From Candidatus Falkowbacteria bacterium (GTDB lineage: Bacteria > Patescibacteriota > Patescibacteriia > Patescibacteriales > UBA12465), in assembly GCA_016432645.1 (NCBI GenBank), contig CP066698.1:453062-517061 (forward strand): a stretch of DNA of 64,000 bases. Reading direction: 5' to 3'. A program made the position numbers and the translations under genes. Shown here piece by piece: positions 21,701-31,591 of the stretch (position 1 is its first letter; the number at the start of each line of letters is the position of its first letter). The notes under the pieces were generated by a model. It searched no databases. It saw only the letters and a program-made list of their open reading frames with translations, and was not told where the DNA came from.

Positions 21701-23791
21701 GGCCACATTTAGTTTTGCTCCTGGATTCGTCGTACCGATTCCGACGTTACCGCCAGAATTAATAGTTATACTAGGAGTATCGCTATTATTTGAACTAAAA
21801 TTTAAGCTATCGCTAGATCCGGATTTGATAATTGGCGTATCGGCGGCAATAGTTTTTATTTCGATTGAACCTATGTCGGTATTATTTCTAAAAAAAGCTA
21901 AACTAGACGAACTAGTAGTATCATAAACATGAAGTCTAGCCGAAGGAGCCGTCGTCCCAATTCCCACATTCCCCACTCCCGCATCACCATTCCAAATATT
22001 AGAATTCTTGGTACCGCCCCAGAAATTGGTGCCACCACTAAAACCGGCCGTACTAGTTGCATAAAGGGCGCCAGTATTATCAGCCATAACAAGAACGTTG
22101 CCTGCGCCACCGAGCAAAGAATGAGTAGTAGCTAAAGTATTCAATGAAGTTCCAGAGACATATAATTTTGTATTAGGATTGGTAATGCCAATGCCGACAT
22201 TACCATTAACATACAAATCGGCTGTACTGCCAGACAGAGAATCAGTTGTTCCAATGCCGACTTTTTTATTAAACGAGAAATTACCCCAGCCATCAAAAAT
22301 TAAAGCACCGGGTTGAGAATTATCACTTCTAGTAGCACTAATTATAGTGGTTGTCGAATTCCCCTGAAAATTTAATAAACCATTTGAAAAGTCTGTTCCA
22401 ATTCCGACATTGCCGCCTAATACTTCCAACTTATTTGTCGGGGCTGTCGTCCCAATTCCCACATTACCTCCCGATGTTAAAGCCATCACTTGAGTGGCCT
22501 GAACGAAATGTAGTGCCGTACCAGTACTAGCGCCAGTTTTTTTATGCATTATATGATACCAGCTAGCATTCCCATCGTTACCGGCACGCATAGTTAAGCC
22601 AGCAAAACTTCCAGTGGTATTATCAGGATTCTCTAGATGCAATGTTCTATCAGCATCGCCAGGAGAACTTTGGGCACTATTATTATAAGAAGCGATTACC
22701 GATAAACCAAGCGTTGAACGACCCCAATTAGCGCCAATGGTGGAATTTCCGCTAACGCTTAATTTGGCACCCGGGTTTGTCACGCCAATCCCCACATTAC
22801 CATCCTTCCTAATAACCATTTTGGCATCACTAGTAGAGGCGTTGCCTGCGTCAGCGGCATTATCCAAGGCAAAGACAAAATCTCCACGACCCCAATCCGA
22901 ACCATCTCCTTTAAAGAATAGCGCACCTTTGGCATATTCGTCAGTCGTTACTCCAGAATCACCAATACTAAACTGTATGCCAGCACTTTGAGAAAGAGTG
23001 TCGGCGCCGTTGTTTCTTACTTGCAGTTGTGTGCCATCAACTGCCTGATTAATATCTAATTTTCTAAAAGGATTAGTCGTTCCTAAACCAATATTATAAC
23101 CGTAATTAGCATTCCAAATTTTTCCAGTTGTGGTTCCACCCCAAAGGTCGGAACCGCCGCCCAAAAATCCCGCCGTGCTGGTCGCGTAAAGCGTACCAGT
23201 GTTATCAGCCATCACTAAAACATTGCCGCCACCGCCAAGCAAGGAATGAGTAGTGGCAAGAGTATTACGTAAAGAACCGGCAACATCCAAGGCAGTCGTA
23301 GGGTTAGTTAAACCAATGCCCAATCTTTTATTTTGAATTCCGCCCGCCCCATTCGATTCCGAATACGCGGTCATAATATTGTCGCCGTCAACTTTAAAGG
23401 CATAGCCCTCAGGTGTTCCGGAAGCCGCTCCGGAAGTCACTGGCATATCGACAAAAGACACTAAACCAGAATCCGGACTAAATTCAAAACTACCGATATT
23501 TAAAGGTGCGCCGACTTCAATTTGATTACTGGCATTAACCTTAAACATGTTAACCACGCCCGTCCCGGCCGCATTTTGTGCGGAAATCCAACCATTATTT
23601 AAAATTTGTAAAAGCGTGGTCGGATTAGTGATACCAATACCGACATTACCGCTTGTACCGTTAACGGTAAAATAAGATTGGCTTGGAGAAGCGGCATTAA
23701 AAATATTAAAATTCTTAGCAGAAGCAGCCGAAAAAGACAGCAAAAAGCCGATGGTAACGGTCAATATTATTTTGTAATTTCGCTGTCTCAT
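18719..23791 (-). CDS. Giant secreted tail-fibre-like beta-repeat protein 2 (start likely MRQRNYK)
   Basis: Signal peptide; about 19 GNVGIG-type repeats; five NTLATTHSLLGGxG linker modules; distinct C-terminal domain after YLPLTGGSLSGNLNMGGNNI. Confidence 0.9.
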   Translation of the reverse strand: MRQRNYKIILTVTIGFLLSFSAASAKNFNIFNAASPSQSYFTVNGTSGNVGIGITNPTTLLQILNNGWISAQNAAGTGVVNMFKVNASNQIEVGAPLNIGSFEFSPDSGLVSFVDMPVTSGAASGTPEGYAFKVDGDNIMTAYSESNGAGGIQNKRLGIGLTNPTTALDVAGSLRNTLATTHSLLGGGGNVLVMADNTGTLYATSTAGFLGGGSDLWGGTTTGKIWNANYGYNIGLGTTNPFRKLDINQAVDGTQLQVRNNGADTLSQSAGIQFSIGDSGVTTDEYAKGALFFKGDGSDWGRGDFVFALDNAADAGNASTSDAKMVIRKDGNVGIGVTNPGAKLSVSGNSTIGANWGRSTLGLSVIASYNNSAQSSPGDADRTLHLENPDNTTGSFAGLTMRAGNDGNASWYHIMHKKTGASTGTALHFVQATQVMALTSGGNVGIGTTAPTNKLEVLGGNVGIGTDFSNGLLNFQGNSTTTIISATRSDNSQPGALIFDGWGNFSFNKKVGIGTTDSLSGSTADLYVNGNVGIGITNPNTKLYVSGTSLNTLATTHSLLGGAGNVLVMADNTGALYATSTAGFSGGTNFWGGTKNSNIWNGDAGVGNVGIGTTAPSARLHVYDTTSSSSLAFFRNNTDIGSIEIKTIAADTPIIKSGSSDSLNFSSNNSDTPSITINSGGNVGIGTTNPGAKLNVAGSILGNTDDTFFGMDTNNPPRLGYTKKSGSAPKLTHSSSTSFVIARSSGGDIGAANTFTDEFVINSVGNVGIGTTNPAAKLHTARSLVSGTHYDTGSVLTIEDAESSLQIVSSDAGNDASALVLTNVVNSGDNRHWIFGARGVSSSYRLDIGYKTSAASSYINTGLWTGMSILTNGNLGIGTTSPAVKLDVIGALRNTLATTHSLLGGAGNVVVMADNTGALYATSTASLLSGGTSLWGGTLNGTIYNGDAGAGNVGIGTTTPSTKLQIVTSGTNGVVIGDTAYPSWMGAEGLYVDGAFRANSYLVNSGGTINWGASTAQIIGYSLSTSDTNSYIGFLTGETGNHNERMRIINSGNIGMGTTSPTALLHLSSTSTATLKINSTSALGDDSDIRFVKSNNGAETWTLGRDNTSNDFKLSYVNNTTGGLGTGDLVTFKSSGNVGIGTTSPVHKLDISGGNYTNQLRVISSDPAGTGITLESTDTGGREFSIISTGTGDYPGAGTLTFWDNTNGAVAASARMVINSAGNVGIGQTSPGTKLDVSGTLRNTLATTHSLLGGAGNVVVMADNTGALYATSTASLLSGGTSLWGGTLNGNIWNGDSGAGNVGIGVTNPISKLELYEATGAGIRITGAVNSTSTLIDLLEGTGAFGTAGTYGFRVLYNGSSNYFNLNSGNGTTVNTRMAIERDSGNVGIGFATPGAKLDINQVTYGLPQTIATSTQTYGALRIEAATSGNVVLDMGTGGSSSGTWLQATNKSDLSLSYSLLLNPNGGNVGIGITNPSVKLDVTGTFRNTLATTHSLLGGGGEVLVMADNNGNLYSTSTAGFIGGSGSYLPLTGGSLSGNLNMGGNNITNINKLTVNTIDPLYNIQGINYSTFASSIAGGVKEEYLGRVKINNLTADGEREYVIDFNTLAAGSDLWVWRKTVDFSSENVEVVATPYGNFAQVYYKIEGNKIIFRADRPTTISYRLSGRRIDWRNWPTKSLDQTEKAGFVIE

Positions 23792-23827
23792 GTGAACTTT
23801 TATTTTCCTTTTATTATAGCACAATTT

Positions 23828-25876
23828 TTATCTTCCCTTCTCATAAAGGCTGGTGACTTCCGCTGCCGATAGGGCGCGATTATATATTTTCAAATTGGAA
23901 ACCGAGCCATTAAAATAATAAGTACCAGCCTGAGTGCGACCAACATTGAAATCGGCTAAAAAATTATACGCGGTATAGGCTTTTTGATGATTATATACGC
24001 CATTAATATACATATTGGCATAAACACCATCCATAGTCACAACCACATGCGTCCAATTAGTGGTCGCGTCCGTCGGTCCCGCCCCCCAAGCACTATTTTG
24101 TATCCCCATCTCCCAGTCGCCACCTTGAACCCCAAAATATAATCTGGGACTATAGCTAGCAGAAAAAAACATCGCATCCGTCAGTACATTCGGCTTAACC
24201 CACATGGAGAAACTTATCGGCGTTACCGAGGGGTCAATTCCGGCGCCATAAGGAATACTAACCCAATTAGCAGAACCGCTAAAACTTGCTCCCTCGCTGG
24301 AAATAGTGGCACTATTATTTTGGCCGTCGCGAGAATACGGAGTCTTATCGGTCATAATTTGCGAACCGGCAGTTTCGCTTTTAGTCCAATCAGTGGTAAG
24401 CGGCATATCAATAATTAATCCCTGTTGTAAAGAATCGGCCATAATTTTCGGGCGATAGGCGCTATAAAGAGTCTGAATTTCTGCCTCCGATAAGGCTCGA
24501 TTATAAATTCGGACATCTGACATTAAACCGTCTATCGGTGAAGTATAGCCATCGCCAATGGAAAGATTATTAGTCGAAGCAACCGCCGCTCCGTAAGAAG
24601 GGGTGGAGGTTGATACCGGAGCTCCATTAAAATACCAAACTATGCGGTTATTAGTTAAATCGCGAACAAGAGCGACATGTGTCCATTGATTTGTTATTAA
24701 CCCCGCTCCTGAATTTACACTAGTATACGGCGTCGTATTACCACCGCCGGTTCCCCAATAATAATTAAAGGCGCCGCTAGTCTCTAAAGTGATAGTCCCC
24801 TCACCGCCATACGCTTTGTCAATTGGATTCCGTCTTGAGCCAAAACTTCTTGGATATATCCAAAAAGCATAAGTCTGATTACCGGTTATTTTTAAACTAT
24901 TGTTATTTCCACAATTGAGATAGCTAGTCGAACCATTAAAATCCATGGCCCCATTGGCCTGCCCCGTTCTATCGGCCGTTAAAGTTGCGCCATTATTTGT
25001 ACAGTGATTTTCATAAGGAGTCTTATCGCTAACGCGCCCGGTCGTTGCATTATAATTATTAGCATCAAGCGGCCAATAGCCGACCAATCCGGCTTGCAAA
25101 GAGCTTCCGCCGAGGGCACGCGGACGATAAAGAGCCTGAACTTCTCCTAATGATAAGTCGCGATTATAAATTCTAACTTTAGAAATAAGCCCCGTGAATC
25201 TATTTCCAGTGCCGGCGAAAACCGTTCTTTGCGCATTCGGAACCCAAGTGCCATCAGTTATTGTGTTGGAAGAATAAAGAACCCCATTAATAAAAACGTT
25301 CAATTTATCAGTCGTATTATTAAAAGTAACAACCACAAAACTCCACTTATTATTTTCTAAAATTGGATAAGATGAGGCTAAATAACCACCAACGGGATCT
25401 TGAACGACAATTTGTAAACCATTATTAGCGCTTCGGCCTCTTATAAAAATGTGCTTTCTAGTATCATCATAATCATCAAAAATTGCCTTCATATCTTGGG
25501 CGGAAAAATCACCATAGACCCAGATGGCAATACTGCCAGCAGTCTGCGGAAAACTGGTATTATATAAAGAAGAGACGTTAACATAATTATTGGCCGTAAA
25601 GCTGGTAGCACCATTACTCTGGTCATAATTATCCGCCGCAAAACTGGCCGCCACTAGAGCAATGCCGTTATTTCCTAATCCGCTGGCGTCAGCAAAAGTC
25701 TTAGTGCCGCTAGTATAGTTGCTTTGAGCTAAACTCATATCCAAAACCAAACCATCGTTAACATCTCGAAAAATACTCCCACCAAATATCGTAATACCTG
25801 AAGCATTAGCAACAAAAGCAGCGGCAGCTGTCAGCAGAATAACACTCAAAGTAATTGTATATTTCCTGCTTATCAT
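23828..25876 (-). CDS. Secreted protein with three LamG/concanavalin A-like domains
   Basis: Three repeats of GLV(G/L)..., W.HV, G.(I/M)S.VRIYNRALS..EI..LY; ATGA overlap with the upstream gene stop. Confidence 0.9.
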   Translation of the reverse strand: MISRKYTITLSVILLTAAAAFVANASGITIFGGSIFRDVNDGLVLDMSLAQSNYTSGTKTFADASGLGNNGIALVAASFAADNYDQSNGATSFTANNYVNVSSLYNTSFPQTAGSIAIWVYGDFSAQDMKAIFDDYDDTRKHIFIRGRSANNGLQIVVQDPVGGYLASSYPILENNKWSFVVVTFNNTTDKLNVFINGVLYSSNTITDGTWVPNAQRTVFAGTGNRFTGLISKVRIYNRDLSLGEVQALYRPRALGGSSLQAGLVGYWPLDANNYNATTGRVSDKTPYENHCTNNGATLTADRTGQANGAMDFNGSTSYLNCGNNNSLKITGNQTYAFWIYPRSFGSRRNPIDKAYGGEGTITLETSGAFNYYWGTGGGNTTPYTSVNSGAGLITNQWTHVALVRDLTNNRIVWYFNGAPVSTSTPSYGAAVASTNNLSIGDGYTSPIDGLMSDVRIYNRALSEAEIQTLYSAYRPKIMADSLQQGLIIDMPLTTDWTKSETAGSQIMTDKTPYSRDGQNNSATISSEGASFSGSANWVSIPYGAGIDPSVTPISFSMWVKPNVLTDAMFFSASYSPRLYFGVQGGDWEMGIQNSAWGAGPTDATTNWTHVVVTMDGVYANMYINGVYNHQKAYTAYNFLADFNVGRTQAGTYYFNGSVSNLKIYNRALSAAEVTSLYEKGR

Positions 25877-28800
25877 ATCCCGATTGAAATATTACCGTCC
25901 GCATCTAAAAGAATGGAACTGGAGCTGGCGGTTGCCTTGAATGTGCCGCTCACATCTAGCTTATATGTCGGATTTGTTGTTCCAATCCCGAAATTACCAT
26001 TAACATCTAAAGTTGCCTTAGTAACATCTCCGACCATAAGTCCTAAAGGCGTGTTGTTCCAAGTACCAACGTTTCCCCACCCTCCCCAAGCCTCAATAGC
26101 CATAGTGGAAGTTCCATCGTTAATGGTAATAGCTGCTCCGCCAGCCTTATAAACAGCAATTTCGGAATTAGGATTTGTTACTCCAATCCCAACATTACCA
26201 CTCGTCGTTTTATAAACATTAGAACCGTTAACCGTCCAACCAGAATTACCGGACAGGAATGAGGCCGTACTAGTTGTATATAGCGCACCAGTATTATCAG
26301 CCATGACCAGAACATTACCGCCGCCGCCAAGCAAGGAATGAGTAGTGGAAAGAGTGTTGCGGAAAGAACCAGTAACATCCAACATGGCTCCAGGATTAGT
26401 AGTTCCAATTCCGACCCAACCAGAATTTTTTACAACTAATCTCTCCCAATTAGATGCGCCAGCCGATCCAACAACCAACAAATTAGAATCATTATTATTA
26501 GAATAATTATATCCTCTAATAACTGCTAACGAATCTCCAGACGCTAGCGCTCCATTTACATCATAAATAAATAAACCAGTGGTAGTCGGAGTAATCCCGG
26601 CGCCGGTATTAACAAATTTATTACCAAAAATAGTACCGTTTACATCTAACCGATAAGCTGGATTAATCGTTCCGATGCCAACATTCCCCGCCTGGGAAAT
26701 GAAAAACTTAGTGTTAGAATCATCAATTTCATTCTTGACACCATACCCGATTCTAAAAGTTTCATCATCGTCCAAGCCAAACATCCAAGCATTCGCGCCG
26801 GTTGTAGAATTAGAGGCTTGAATATAAACTTCGCCGCTATAATTAGGAGCCGAAATATTAAAACTGTTATCATTACCATAAGTGCGGAACAAGGCCGATG
26901 TTTCGTTAGAACTAGCAATCTCTAATTTGGCTGCCGGAGTCGTGGTGCCAATCCCGACGTTGCCATTTATATCCGTCTTATAAACATTAGAGCCATTGAC
27001 CGTCCAGCCGGAATTTCCCGACAAGAAAGAGGTGGTACTGGTTGTATATAGCGCCCCCGTATTATCAGACATAACCAAAACATTTCCTCCACCACCTAAT
27101 AACGAATGAGTGGTCGCGAGCGTATTGCGGAAAGTACCAGAGACATCTAAAGCAGTCGCTGGGGCAGTAGTTCCAATACCGACATTGCCGGCGCCGGATT
27201 CGGACGCAAAGGCATATTTATTGGTTATCGTCCCTTCGGGAGCCGGAACATAAATTGCATACCCGTTAGTCATCGTCCCATAATTATTGATGATTTTCGG
27301 AGTAAGAGCATAAGCGGTTGGATACTTATAATCAGTTACATAAACGCTGTCCATTGGATTAACGGCAAAACTATTTAACTGTCGGCCTTCAGTAAGTTGA
27401 CAACCGGTAATATCCCAAGTCCCTAAAATATCAAAACCGCGAACTCGCATATCAACATTTGGTCTGTCGCCGGTATTAAAATAATAACTTTCCCGATGCC
27501 AAGCACCATCGTTAGCGTAAGTAAAATTATTAGAATCAGCGTCACTTCTGCTAGTCCAATCAGCATAGTATCTTTCGGCGTGAAAACGACCATCAACCGT
27601 GTCGGTGGTTCTAAAATAACAAGAGAAATTATAATCCGTATTTAATTTCAAATTAACTATTCTGAAACCAAGTGGCCAGCCATCACCTGTGCCTAATGTG
27701 GTTATAGTATAGGTAACTTTTTTATGAGATTGAACTGGCGCGGTCACATCATCAGCTAACGTTCTGCTATAAACCAAGCCGGCGTAACCACCAGCTGCCT
27801 GCCAGTAATTTTCACCAAAAGATAAATCGGCATTTCTAACTAAATTAACACCGGCAGTAGTAAATATGCCAGAGGAAGTTGGGTCACTAGTCGAATAAAG
27901 CGCCCCGGTATTATCAGCGGCTACTAAAACATTCCCCGCTCCACCCAAAAGCGAATGGGTTGTGGCGAGGGTATTTAACGAAGTACCGGCGACATATAGT
28001 TTTGCAGTTGGGTTGGTTATGCCAATACCGACGTTGCCATTGTTATTTATAGTCATTGCTTGTGTAATTGCTCCTTGAGATGAGGCTGTGTTCGTATAAA
28101 AATCTAAATATGTATCATAACCGCCGCCTCTTCTAAAAGCAATTGCTGCGCCGCCACCGCTGATAGCTTGATAAGTAATAGCGTCTTGAGAATGTGACCC
28201 AGAACCATTAATTCTTATGCCCCCGCCACCATAAGCACTAATATTAGTTTGGGCGGTTGAGGTGGCGACGGAGGTGCCAGAAATCGTAAATTTCTGCTGG
28301 GGATTTGTCTCACCTATCCCAACATTACCACTTGGGCCATTGATAAATAAACGAGTCGTGGTGCTTGTTTCAAAATAAATATGGTCGCTACCGGAAGTTC
28401 TTCGGGTTCTAAATACTAAAGGATTTTCTATCCCATCAATATAGCTATAATTAACATCGGAAGAGATTCTAAGGCCATCACCCGGAGTACCAACATAAAC
28501 ATCACCGTTGACGCTAAATTTACCCATAGTTGTATTAGTCGTCCCAATTCCGACATTCCCAGCCCCCGCATCGCCGTTATAAATACTGCCGTTTTTGGTC
28601 CCCTCCCATAAATCAAGACTGTTGCCGCTGATAAATGAAGCAGTGGTCGTTGTATATAAAGTGCCAGTATTATCAGCCATCACGAGAACGTTCCCCGCGC
28701 CACCTAATAAGGAATGAGTGGTCGCCAAGGTGTTTCGGAGAGTTCCGGAGACGTCTAACTTGGTGGTGGGGTTGGTCAAGCCAATGCCGACGTTGCCAGC

Positions 28801-31107
28801 AAAATAATTATTTGTCCCAACAACATATAAACCATAATTCAACCCAGTACCGCTTACGGTACTAGCATTATTAAAATAACCACCGTAAGTATTCATATTT
28901 ACAGCTGCCGCACCATTAATTCCAGCCGTAAAAGGAGCTGATGGAAACGCCGAACCAGCGTTTTGAGAAATTTTTACCGCCGCTAATGTGCCGGCAACTG
29001 GATCAAAGTATGTACCTTGATAAAGGTGGCTTTCTCCGACCGCATAAATGTTGCCAGAGACATCCAATTTTGCCACCGGATTAGTTTTGCCAACACCAAC
29101 ATTAGTGCTGGTGGCTAAAAATAATTGATCTCCATTACCATCATTTGTAAAAAACATTAAAGGATGATTTGTTTTAGTGCCAATATAGGCCTTCCCTTGC
29201 CAAATAGATATTTCCGATTCCACATCGCTAGCACTATCCCTAACGGTGATAGCTGTGTCAGTGGCATTAGATACAAAAAGACCGGTATAAGATTGAGCGG
29301 CATCAGTGCCTGCCCCAACATGCAATCTAGCTCTAGGATTAGTTGTCCCAACACCCACGTTCCCATTCGTATCCGTCTTATAAACCGTTGTTCCGTTAGC
29401 GGTCCAACCGGAAGCCGAAGTAACTATTGGATTAATAAGAGCTGAGGTAGTTGTTGAATATAAAGTGCCAGTATTATCAGCCATCACCAACACATTACCC
29501 GCACCACCAAGCAAGGAATGAGTGGTGGTCAGCGTATTGCGTAAAGAGCCAATAACATCCAGTTTAACACCTGGGGTTGTCGTTCCAATTCCAAGATTGC
29601 CAGCAATTAATCCATTTCCTGAAATATTAAAATTACCCGTCTGCTGTGTTCCTGGGGTTGTTAACTGGAGGGCAACTGGCAAAGCTAAAGATGGTGACCA
29701 ACTTCCTCCTGCCGGAATGATAACTCCGCTGCCTAACTTTACATGAGGATCTGTAGACCCGGCGACAGAAGCGACGAGTATCCAATTACTAGGGATATCA
29801 ATATTGCTTCCGGTGTATTTTGTAATATACCAAGTGCCGACAGCGCCGGCACCACTTGTGCCGGGAGTGTGCGCCAGATATAATCCTTCCCATGAATTCA
29901 AAATTATACCATCAGTTGTAGCGCTTCGGGCCAATCCATCATAAACCTGACCAGCTGGTATATCAGTGGTTGGCATAATGATATCTATATAACCAGACAG
30001 CGAACTAGTGTGTGAAACTGGCGCTAAATACATTTTTGAAGTCCATTTCAATCTTCCACCGACACCCCCCCAAGTTACCGTCCCTCCGCCGCTCAATGTA
30101 AACTGGCCTTTGGTATAATCATTGGCCGCTCCTGTCATTATCCCTCTGTACGTATCAAGGGCACTGCGCGGATTTGTCGTTCCAATCCCGACATTACCGC
30201 TAAAAGTAGAGGTAGCGGTAACACGAAAACCACCAGCAATATCAAATTTGTAAGTTGGGTTGGTTATGCCAATTCCCACATTCCCCGAATTGGCATTATA
30301 CATATCGCTGCCGTTAACTGTCCATTGTCCTCCGCCGCCGGCCGCAACAATATCAGTCCAAGCCGCCTTACAATCTTCTTTGATACAAAAACGATTTCCT
30401 TTAACATCTCCTTCAATTGCCAAAGAAGCTGTCCAAGTCGTGGAAGTTCCGTAGCCGAAACCTTGGCCATCGTAGTAATTACCTAAAAGCAAAGTCGTAT
30501 TTAAATTGGAGTTAACAATGAGTGAACGGTTATGATCAATTTGAAAATCACCACCGGTAACCGTCAAGCGTGAATTAGGATTGCTTGTCCCTACGCCGAC
30601 ATTGCCAGTGTTATAATAAATTGCTGTCGCATTTGTTAACCATTGACTGGAAGAAAATGGACTGCCGTTATAAAGCAAGCTGCCCGTTAAATTAATATCG
30701 CCGACGACTGATAAAGCAGCAATCGGTGAAGTGGTCCCGATTCCGACATTTCCTGGAAAAGAATAATTGCCTCCGCCGAGGTTGCTGCCGAAAGCTCCGG
30801 CAGAGATATTGCCGGCGCTCATACTGCCGCCGTAAGAAGTACCGACAATTGGACCGTTAACTTGCAGCCCCGCGGCTGGTGCGGCGATGTTAATGCCTAG
30901 CGGCCCCTGCATCGTTGAGGAGCCGGTCTTATTCAAAAAGTCGCTAGCTAAATTATTCCATTCGCTAGCCGATAAAGTTCCATCCCAAGTCTTGTTATAA
31001 TCGTTTAAAAAGGCCTGGGCCGATTGCCCGGAAAATAAGAAAAAAGACCCAACTATTAAAATAGCGGTCGCTCTAATGACCTTATTTTTCTGGGTGATAT
31101 GCGGCAT
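25873..31107 (-). CDS. Giant secreted tail-fibre-like beta-repeat protein 1 (1744 aa)
   Basis: Signal peptide; about 17 GNVGIG-type repeats; five linker modules; internal CBM/phage-tail-like domain (NLVRNADLSFGENYW...CQLTEGR). Confidence 0.9.
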   Translation of the reverse strand: MPHITQKNKVIRATAILIVGSFFLFSGQSAQAFLNDYNKTWDGTLSASEWNNLASDFLNKTGSSTMQGPLGINIAAPAAGLQVNGPIVGTSYGGSMSAGNISAGAFGSNLGGGNYSFPGNVGIGTTSPIAALSVVGDINLTGSLLYNGSPFSSSQWLTNATAIYYNTGNVGVGTSNPNSRLTVTGGDFQIDHNRSLIVNSNLNTTLLLGNYYDGQGFGYGTSTTWTASLAIEGDVKGNRFCIKEDCKAAWTDIVAAGGGGQWTVNGSDMYNANSGNVGIGITNPTYKFDIAGGFRVTATSTFSGNVGIGTTNPRSALDTYRGIMTGAANDYTKGQFTLSGGGTVTWGGVGGRLKWTSKMYLAPVSHTSSLSGYIDIIMPTTDIPAGQVYDGLARSATTDGIILNSWEGLYLAHTPGTSGAGAVGTWYITKYTGSNIDIPSNWILVASVAGSTDPHVKLGSGVIIPAGGSWSPSLALPVALQLTTPGTQQTGNFNISGNGLIAGNLGIGTTTPGVKLDVIGSLRNTLTTTHSLLGGAGNVLVMADNTGTLYSTTTSALINPIVTSASGWTANGTTVYKTDTNGNVGVGTTNPRARLHVGAGTDAAQSYTGLFVSNATDTAITVRDSASDVESEISIWQGKAYIGTKTNHPLMFFTNDGNGDQLFLATSTNVGVGKTNPVAKLDVSGNIYAVGESHLYQGTYFDPVAGTLAAVKISQNAGSAFPSAPFTAGINGAAAVNMNTYGGYFNNASTVSGTGLNYGLYVVGTNNYFAGNVGIGLTNPTTKLDVSGTLRNTLATTHSLLGGAGNVLVMADNTGTLYTTTTASFISGNSLDLWEGTKNGSIYNGDAGAGNVGIGTTNTTMGKFSVNGDVYVGTPGDGLRISSDVNYSYIDGIENPLVFRTRRTSGSDHIYFETSTTTRLFINGPSGNVGIGETNPQQKFTISGTSVATSTAQTNISAYGGGGIRINGSGSHSQDAITYQAISGGGAAIAFRRGGGYDTYLDFYTNTASSQGAITQAMTINNNGNVGIGITNPTAKLYVAGTSLNTLATTHSLLGGAGNVLVAADNTGALYSTSDPTSSGIFTTAGVNLVRNADLSFGENYWQAAGGYAGLVYSRTLADDVTAPVQSHKKVTYTITTLGTGDGWPLGFRIVNLKLNTDYNFSCYFRTTDTVDGRFHAERYYADWTSRSDADSNNFTYANDGAWHRESYYFNTGDRPNVDMRVRGFDILGTWDITGCQLTEGRQLNSFAVNPMDSVYVTDYKYPTAYALTPKIINNYGTMTNGYAIYVPAPEGTITNKYAFASESGAGNVGIGTTAPATALDVSGTFRNTLATTHSLLGGGGNVLVMSDNTGALYTTSTTSFLSGNSGWTVNGSNVYKTDINGNVGIGTTTPAAKLEIASSNETSALFRTYGNDNSFNISAPNYSGEVYIQASNSTTGANAWMFGLDDDETFRIGYGVKNEIDDSNTKFFISQAGNVGIGTINPAYRLDVNGTIFGNKFVNTGAGITPTTTGLFIYDVNGALASGDSLAVIRGYNYSNNNDSNLLVVGSAGASNWERLVVKNSGWVGIGTTNPGAMLDVTGSFRNTLSTTHSLLGGGGNVLVMADNTGALYTTSTASFLSGNSGWTVNGSNVYKTTSGNVGIGVTNPNSEIAVYKAGGAAITINDGTSTMAIEAWGGWGNVGTWNNTPLGLMVGDVTKATLDVNGNFGIGTTNPTYKLDVSGTFKATASSSSILLDADGNISIGI

Positions 31108-31197
31108 GTCTAGCTAATCAAAAAACTTTTAATATTACCCTTTTTTCTGTCAGTTGTTGTTGCCTTTATTATATCATTTTTCAATTTCGCTGACAAG

Positions 31198-31581
31198 CTA
31201 AAAATTGGCCTCAACGCTCCGTTTGGCACTCTGATATTCGCCCACGGAAACGAAGACGCGTGTCGGCTCGGCGTCAATGAAAAATTCCTTATAAGAAACG
31301 CCTGAACTCTCCAAATCACCGCTAATAATCGGGGTATCTAGCGAAATGTCGTCTTTGGTGTGCGGCAAGTTTTCCTTGCGTACTTGATATAAAATATTTT
31401 CCAAACCGGCCTCGGCCGCAAAATAGGCTTTAGTAGACTGCGCCTGCGTGCCACCGGCTTTAATGCCGGAGACAATAATGTAAGAACCGCTCATCGCGAC
31501 CACCAGCATGCCCGCCAAAATAAACATCGTTAAAATCATAGCGCTGCCGGCTTTAAATTTTTTAATATTTAAGAAAACCAT
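31198..31581 (-). CDS. pilX: PilX-like minor pilin
   Basis: KAG/SAMILTM N-terminus lacking E5; KAYFAAEAGLE PilX motif. Confidence 0.8.
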   Translation of the reverse strand: MVFLNIKKFKAGSAMILTMFILAGMLVVAMSGSYIIVSGIKAGGTQAQSTKAYFAAEAGLENILYQVRKENLPHTKDDISLDTPIISGDLESSGVSYKEFFIDAEPTRVFVSVGEYQSAKRSVEANF

Positions 31582-31591
31582 AAATTAATTA

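Noticed and set aside
14746..31107. Tailed-phage prophage suggested by tail-fibre repeats and S74
   Set aside because: No capsid, portal, terminase, tape-measure, baseplate or integrase genes; all proteins have Sec signals and host-type promoters.
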